Assembly (NCBI GenBank): GCA_017651425.1
Contig: JAGCCZ010000031.1
Location: 14,966 to 78,965 of the forward strand
DNA from: Bacteroidales bacterium
Lineage (GTDB): Bacteria; Bacteroidota; Bacteroidia; Bacteroidales; WCHB1-69
Reading direction: 5' to 3'
Length of the DNA stretch: 64,000 nt
Shown here piece by piece: positions 59,521-64,000 of the stretch (the stretch's first letter is position 1; each line of letters opens with the position of its first letter). A model generated the notes under the pieces. The model was not told where the DNA came from. It did not search any database and was given only the letters and a program-made list of their open reading frames with translations. Made by a program: the position numbers and the translations under genes.

Positions 59521-59820
59521 ATCCCCTAACGGGGATTTGGACCGCGCAAGGGAACATCGCCGGCTACAGATATGCATCCCCTAACGGGGATGACCGGTCG
59601 CACGGAACCTCCACAACGCACACCATTGCGCACCACCTTCTGCTACCAACCCCTGCAGGCCTACGGCCTGCACCACGCAATCCCCCATCCCTCTTCTGAT
59701 CACAGATCACTGTTCACTGATCACTCCCCTTACACTACCAACCCCTGCAGGCCTACGGCCTGCACCACGCAATCTCCCCACCCCTCTTCTGATCACTGAT
59801 CACTCTTCACTGATCACTCT
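59521..59820 (-). repeat. REP-like cluster: two ATCCCC-taac-GGGGAT hairpins, module A, and two tandem short module-B units (period 92 bp)
   Basis: Hairpins at 59521-59536, 59576-59591, 59654-59672, 59746-59764; TGATCAC arrays; homologous to 27312-27520 and 28770-28865. Confidence 0.88.
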
Positions 59821-59848
59821 TCTCACTCCTATCCCACAAACACGCAAA

Positions 59849-60355
59849 TCAGACCTTATACCGATACCCTTGCAAGTTGGCCAGCTCATCGTTGGCCTTG
59901 ACAATCTTCTGCTTGAGGCCTTGCTTGTGGGCGATGACCTTCTCGAACAGCTCGGGGTCGCCGTTGGCCATAATCTGCATGGCGAGGATGGCGGCGTTCT
60001 GCGCGCCGTTGATGGCCACCGTGGCGACGGGAATGCCCGGTGGCATCTGCAACATGGCCAAGGCCGCGTCCATGCCTTCCAATGAGGACTTGACAGGCAC
60101 GCCGATGACCGGCAGCGGCGTCATGGCAGCGATGACACCCGGCAGGTGGGCGGCCATGCCCGCAGCCGCGATGATCACCTCGATGCCGCGTCCGTGCGCC
60201 TGTTTGGCGTAATCCGCCACCTCATCGGGCGTGCGGTGCGCCGACAGCGCCTTCACCTCGAATGGAATCCCATTGCTCTCGAAAAACTTGAAGGCAGCCT
60301 CCATCACCGGAAGATCCGACGTGCTGCCCATGATGATACTCACTCTTGCATTCAT
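59849..60355 (-). CDS. purE: N5-carboxyaminoimidazole ribonucleotide mutase
   Basis: [34 protein letters not shown]; start MNARV at 60355. Confidence 0.96.
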   Translation of the reverse strand: MNARVSIIMGSTSDLPVMEAAFKFFESNGIPFEVKALSAHRTPDEVADYAKQAHGRGIEVIIAAAGMAAHLPGVIAAMTPLPVIGVPVKSSLEGMDAALAMLQMPPGIPVATVAINGAQNAAILAMQIMANGDPELFEKVIAHKQGLKQKIVKANDELANLQGYRYKV

Positions 60356-60398
60356 GTTAACTGTGATTTTTAAGGCTACAAAAATAGCATTTTTAGGG

Positions 60399-61220
60399 TT
60401 ATGTACACAACACGTACAGGTCGTCTCTCTGGTTGATGCACAACACGGGAAACTGCGCCGCGTTGCCCACGAGTTTCTTCTCGACAGAGCCCGTGAGGAT
60501 GTCGGCAAGCGTGCGATAGCGGGTCATCATCGTGACCGTCAAGGTCGCGCCGACCGTGGGGGCGAACTCCAGGGCGTAATGGTCGATGTTGGACTGCGGG
60601 GCCACTTCGTCCAGCTGGTACTTCACCTCCAGATTCTGGTAGAGTTTTTCGACAAAAGCGATATTGTCGGCCACCTGCCGGTGCAGGCCCTCGTCGGGAT
60701 AGTTGCAGTGCAACACATGGATGGTCGCCTCGTAAAAACGGCTGAAATAACCCGCCCACAATGCCTTCTCCTTGGCTTGCCGCTCAATGTCGATGGGCAG
60801 CACCACCCGCCGGAAGGCGTTTTCCTCGGGCTCTTTGCGCCCCACCGTGAGCACGGGCAGTCGCGAGGGCTTGATGAACCGCAGCGCACGACGCCTGTTG
60901 AAGAGGGCTTTCCTATCCTCGTCGTCCACACCGATTACAAACATGATGGTGTTCTTCTCGTCGGCATAGCGATAGAGCGTCTCTGGAAAAAAATAGCCGT
61001 CAGGAACGAGATGGCCAGCTTCGGGATCCACAGGCGGCAAGGACGCTTGTCCCTTCTCCACATACGAGAAGCCAAACCGTGCGACTACCGTGAGGGTCGC
61101 GCCAAAGACCTCGGTCAGCTTCTCCCCGAAACGCAAGGCGTTACGTCCGCAGTCGGATTCGTCCACGACAGCGATGATGTTCAGCCGCTTCTGCTGGTCT
61201 ATGGGTTCGTGTATTTCCAT
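60399..61220 (-). CDS. Tandem universal stress protein (Usp) domain protein
   Basis: IIAVVDES...ALRFG, PVLTV, RVVLPID, LTGSVEKKLVGN...PVLCIN. Confidence 0.75.
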   Translation of the reverse strand: MEIHEPIDQQKRLNIIAVVDESDCGRNALRFGEKLTEVFGATLTVVARFGFSYVEKGQASLPPVDPEAGHLVPDGYFFPETLYRYADEKNTIMFVIGVDDEDRKALFNRRRALRFIKPSRLPVLTVGRKEPEENAFRRVVLPIDIERQAKEKALWAGYFSRFYEATIHVLHCNYPDEGLHRQVADNIAFVEKLYQNLEVKYQLDEVAPQSNIDHYALEFAPTVGATLTVTMMTRYRTLADILTGSVEKKLVGNAAQFPVLCINQRDDLYVLCT

Positions 61221-61233
61221 GATGCACGGTAGC

Positions 61234-61950
61234 TTATAATCCTTTTACATGGGGTTTGGCCGCCACATATTCCTTGAGATAGAAAGGCTCGAAATAGGCG
61301 GTGTCGGCAAACTCCCGGGCTTTCCAGCGACGCAAGGCGGGCACCAACAGATGCCTTGCGGAGATCGGGAACTCCGCAAAACGGGCGTTGGCATGCTGCG
61401 CCAGCAGCTCCCTGCACTTGGGCATCCCGTTGCCGCAAAACACTACAATGCCCTGCGCCAACGGCTCATCGTAGGCATGTTCATCAACGATGAGCGCGGA
61501 AGGGACCGCTATCTCCTTCAACTCACCATCATACCGGGCCGTGAACACCTCCATGCGGCGCGCATCAATCATGGGTGCAATTTGAAAGGGAGAAGAGGGG
61601 GACTCTTTCAAGAAATCACATTCCGAAAGCGCGCCGTTGGCGATACTCTCCAACGTGCCGACAGCCATAACTGGCACATTTAAAGAGTAGGCGATGCCCT
61701 TGGCGGTGGAGACACCGATACGCAGGCCCGTATAAGAGCCCGGGCCGACGCTGACACTGACGCCGTCAATGTCCTGCAACGTAATCCCCGCAGCATGGCA
61801 GGCCTTGTCAATATAGGGCAACAAGTTCTTGGAATGCGAGTTGCCGTCGTCGGATTCGTATACCGCCAGCAGGCGGTCGCCCTCCGACAACGCTACGGAA
61901 CAGACCTCTGTGGCCGTCTCTATATGCAACAATATGGGATTATCTTTCAT
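61234..61950 (-). CDS. tsaB: tRNA threonylcarbamoyladenosine biosynthesis protein TsaB
   Basis: IETATEVCSVAL, GPGSYTGLRIG, PMIDARRMEV, AYFEPFYLKE. Confidence 0.95.
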   Translation of the reverse strand: MKDNPILLHIETATEVCSVALSEGDRLLAVYESDDGNSHSKNLLPYIDKACHAAGITLQDIDGVSVSVGPGSYTGLRIGVSTAKGIAYSLNVPVMAVGTLESIANGALSECDFLKESPSSPFQIAPMIDARRMEVFTARYDGELKEIAVPSALIVDEHAYDEPLAQGIVVFCGNGMPKCRELLAQHANARFAEFPISARHLLVPALRRWKAREFADTAYFEPFYLKEYVAAKPHVKGL

Positions 61951-61951
61951 G

Positions 61952-64000
61952 TCAGTCTTTGTTTTTCATCATTTTCACCCCCTCGTAGATCAGTTCGTGC
62001 GCCTTGAGGCGGATACCGCTTTGCGACAGTTTGTTGGGATAGCAATCGGGATAGACGCGGTTGGAGAGGAACACGAAGGTCAGCTTTTCGGAGGGGTCGC
62101 ACCACACCACAATACCGGTAAATCCCTGATGTCCAAAGGTCTCCTTGTCGGCGGCCTGCGGCACGATGGAGCTGGTGCCGCCGTGCTTGGGGGTATGATA
62201 GCCCAAACCGCGCACATTGCAGTCGTGCATGGGATACGCCGCCGTAAAGAGACGGACCGTCTCCTCGGAGAGGTAGCGTTTGCCATGGTAAATGCCGCCG
62301 TCAAGCAACATCTGGAAAAGCGCGCCCAACTCCGGGCCGGTGGTGAAAAGGCCCGCGTTGCCCGCATTGCCGTTCATCAGCGCGGCCGTCTGGTCGTGGA
62401 CATAGCCACGCACCACCTGTCTCCTGAACTCGACATCGTTCTCCGTGGGGGCGATGGCCTCCTGATCGAAGCCCTTCTCTAACGGGTTGAAACAAGTGCG
62501 TGTCAATCCCATGGGCTTGTAAAACTGCTCATCCAAAAGCACTTCGATGGATTTCCCCGTGATCGTTTCCACCATATCTTTCAACAGCAAGAAATTGAGA
62601 TCGCTATAGACATATTTCTTAGCACCTAATTTGCAGTGGGCCACTCTATAACGAACCGTGTCAGGATATGTGGACAACAGATAGATGTCATCGGCCACCT
62701 TGACGGAATATTCGGGACTTTCCGTCTTTTGGAAATAGGCAGGATTCCCCTGTATATCCTTGTAGAAAGGAATGTAGGCGGGCAGGCCGGAAGTATGGGT
62801 CAGCAGCTCGGAAATGGGGATATTGGCCTTGTTGGTGCCAGTCAAGTATGTCAGATACTTGCCAATGGGGTCGGTGAGCCGGATGCGCTGTTCATCATAC
62901 AGTTTCATCACAGCAAGCGTGGTGGCGGCGGGTTTCGTGAGCGAGGCCACGTCGTACATGGTCTGCAAGGTCACAGGACGGGTCGTGTCGTAGGTCAAAT
63001 TGCCGAATGCCTTCTGATAGACGGGATTTCCGTCCTTGAGGGCGACCACCACACAACCGGGATAGATCTGGTCGCGGATGCCGCCGGCGAGCAGTGCGTC
63101 AAGGCGTTCCGTAATGGATTGCGGCAGTGCGGAGAAGTTCTGCAACTCCTCCGGGGCGCCCAAGCCCGTGCCGGAGACATACTCTTTCGTGGACACCGGC
63201 AGCAGGCCCTCGCATCTGATCTCCCCGAAGCAGGCACTCAATGCCGCCTTGACCGTGCTCGGCGTGAACTGGTACGCCACCATCACGGCCTTGAAAGGCG
63301 CGGTGGTGCCCAGCTGGTCCAAGGCATAAGGATTGCCCAGATGCACCAGCACAGCCGGCTTGCCGCGTGCCAGGACGCGCAGATGCTCCGCCACCTTGCT
63401 GTCCACGCCATAATTGGAGCCGGCAAGCTGGTTGGAGCCGCCAAAGAGCACAATGACGGATTTGAAGGGTTGCAGGTTGGCGATAACCTGAGGGTAATCC
63501 TTGGTGTTGTATTTCTTAGGCAACCAAAAGAAAGGAAGATTGTATTTGTCCGCCAATTTGCGGTATTCACTCTTGTATTCGTCTCTGCCGACACACAGTA
63601 CAGCCACCTCGTTGTTGAGGGCCATAGAGGGCGGGATGGGCAGAAAATCCTCATCTTTCAGAAGTGTCAGGGCCTTGGCCTCAATGGCCTCGTTCAGGGC
63701 CACGCCGCTCGGGGTGTTCAAGAGGGCGTTCAACTGGCGCAGGTCGGCGGACGGCTGGTGCCAGAACCCCTTCATCTCCTTGAAGCTAAGCACGCGCAAG
63801 CAACGTTCATTGATCAGCGACATGGGAACAAGGCCGCTGTCCACAGCATTTTTTATCGCCTGGATGACCGCTCCCGTCTCACCGGGAAGCAACAACAAGT
63901 CGGCGCCGGCAAGCAAGGCCCGGATTTCAATGTCACCCTCAAAACGGTTGCTGTTGCGCACGCCTTTCATTTCCAAACCATCGGTAATAACCAACCCCGA
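61952..64000 (-). CDS. GH3 beta-N-acetylglucosaminidase/serine hydrolase (beta-lactamase fold) fusion, N-terminus outside window
   Basis: ITDGLEMKGV (GH3 nucleophile), GH3 C-domain, then ASLTK (SxxK), LLTHTSGL, YSD, GHQGFTG. Confidence 0.88.
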   Translation of the reverse strand, partial: SGLVITDGLEMKGVRNSNRFEGDIEIRALLAGADLLLLPGETGAVIQAIKNAVDSGLVPMSLINERCLRVLSFKEMKGFWHQPSADLRQLNALLNTPSGVALNEAIEAKALTLLKDEDFLPIPPSMALNNEVAVLCVGRDEYKSEYRKLADKYNLPFFWLPKKYNTKDYPQVIANLQPFKSVIVLFGGSNQLAGSNYGVDSKVAEHLRVLARGKPAVLVHLGNPYALDQLGTTAPFKAVMVAYQFTPSTVKAALSACFGEIRCEGLLPVSTKEYVSGTGLGAPEELQNFSALPQSITERLDALLAGGIRDQIYPGCVVVALKDGNPVYQKAFGNLTYDTTRPVTLQTMYDVASLTKPAATTLAVMKLYDEQRIRLTDPIGKYLTYLTGTNKANIPISELLTHTSGLPAYIPFYKDIQGNPAYFQKTESPEYSVKVADDIYLLSTYPDTVRYRVAHCKLGAKKYVYSDLNFLLLKDMVETITGKSIEVLLDEQFYKPMGLTRTCFNPLEKGFDQEAIAPTENDVEFRRQVVRGYVHDQTAALMNGNAGNAGLFTTGPELGALFQMLLDGGIYHGKRYLSEETVRLFTAAYPMHDCNVRGLGYHTPKHGGTSSIVPQAADKETFGHQGFTGIVVWCDPSEKLTFVFLSNRVYPDCYPNKLSQSGIRLKAHELIYEGVKMMKNKD

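Noticed and set aside
59407-59819. CRISPR array (44-bp and 92-bp periodicities)
   Set aside because: Only two units each, no series of unique spacers, and no cas genes.
61952-63100. Beta-lactam resistance gene
   Set aside because: The SxxK domain is fused to a GH3 hexosaminidase, a common Bacteroidota cell-wall-recycling architecture.

Overview
A gene-dense, mostly housekeeping chromosomal segment from an anaerobic Bacteroidota, probably Bacteroidales. This is inferred from recurring TAnnTTTG promoters, T9SS genes, an NfnAB fusion, a flavodiiron protein and a 2[4Fe-4S] ferredoxin. It carries a type IX secretion/gliding set (porU, porV, porP-like, gldJ, gldF, gldG, sprE/porW), envelope and glycan genes (rfbB, MBOAT plus AlgJ-like, GT2, lpxK, two M23 proteins) and core genes (ispF, engB, ribE, phoH, punA, rpsO-pnp, mutS, dprA, purE, tsaB). 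I saw no rRNA, tRNA, CRISPR array, integrase or intact transposase. The unexplained structure is mostly intergenic: (1) a modular REP-like repeat family (CAGTGAT heptamer arrays plus TAC/TAAC-loop hairpins tagged by CTAC/GTAG) that always follows a stop codon in the same orientation and forms a ~237-bp inverted-repeat pair around an AT-rich orphan lipoprotein gene; (2) a 22-nt motif present four times, three times paired with a hairpin; (3) nested inverted repeats around a probable DUF559 relic. Protein-level highlights are an ECF sigma whose partner looks like a membrane-tethered anti-sigma ending in a T9SS type-B sorting domain, atpZ/atpI-like genes without the atp operon, a stand-alone steroid 5-alpha-reductase-family gene, and a PNPase with a long disordered tail. 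All calls are by eye from motifs and synteny; no database search was run.
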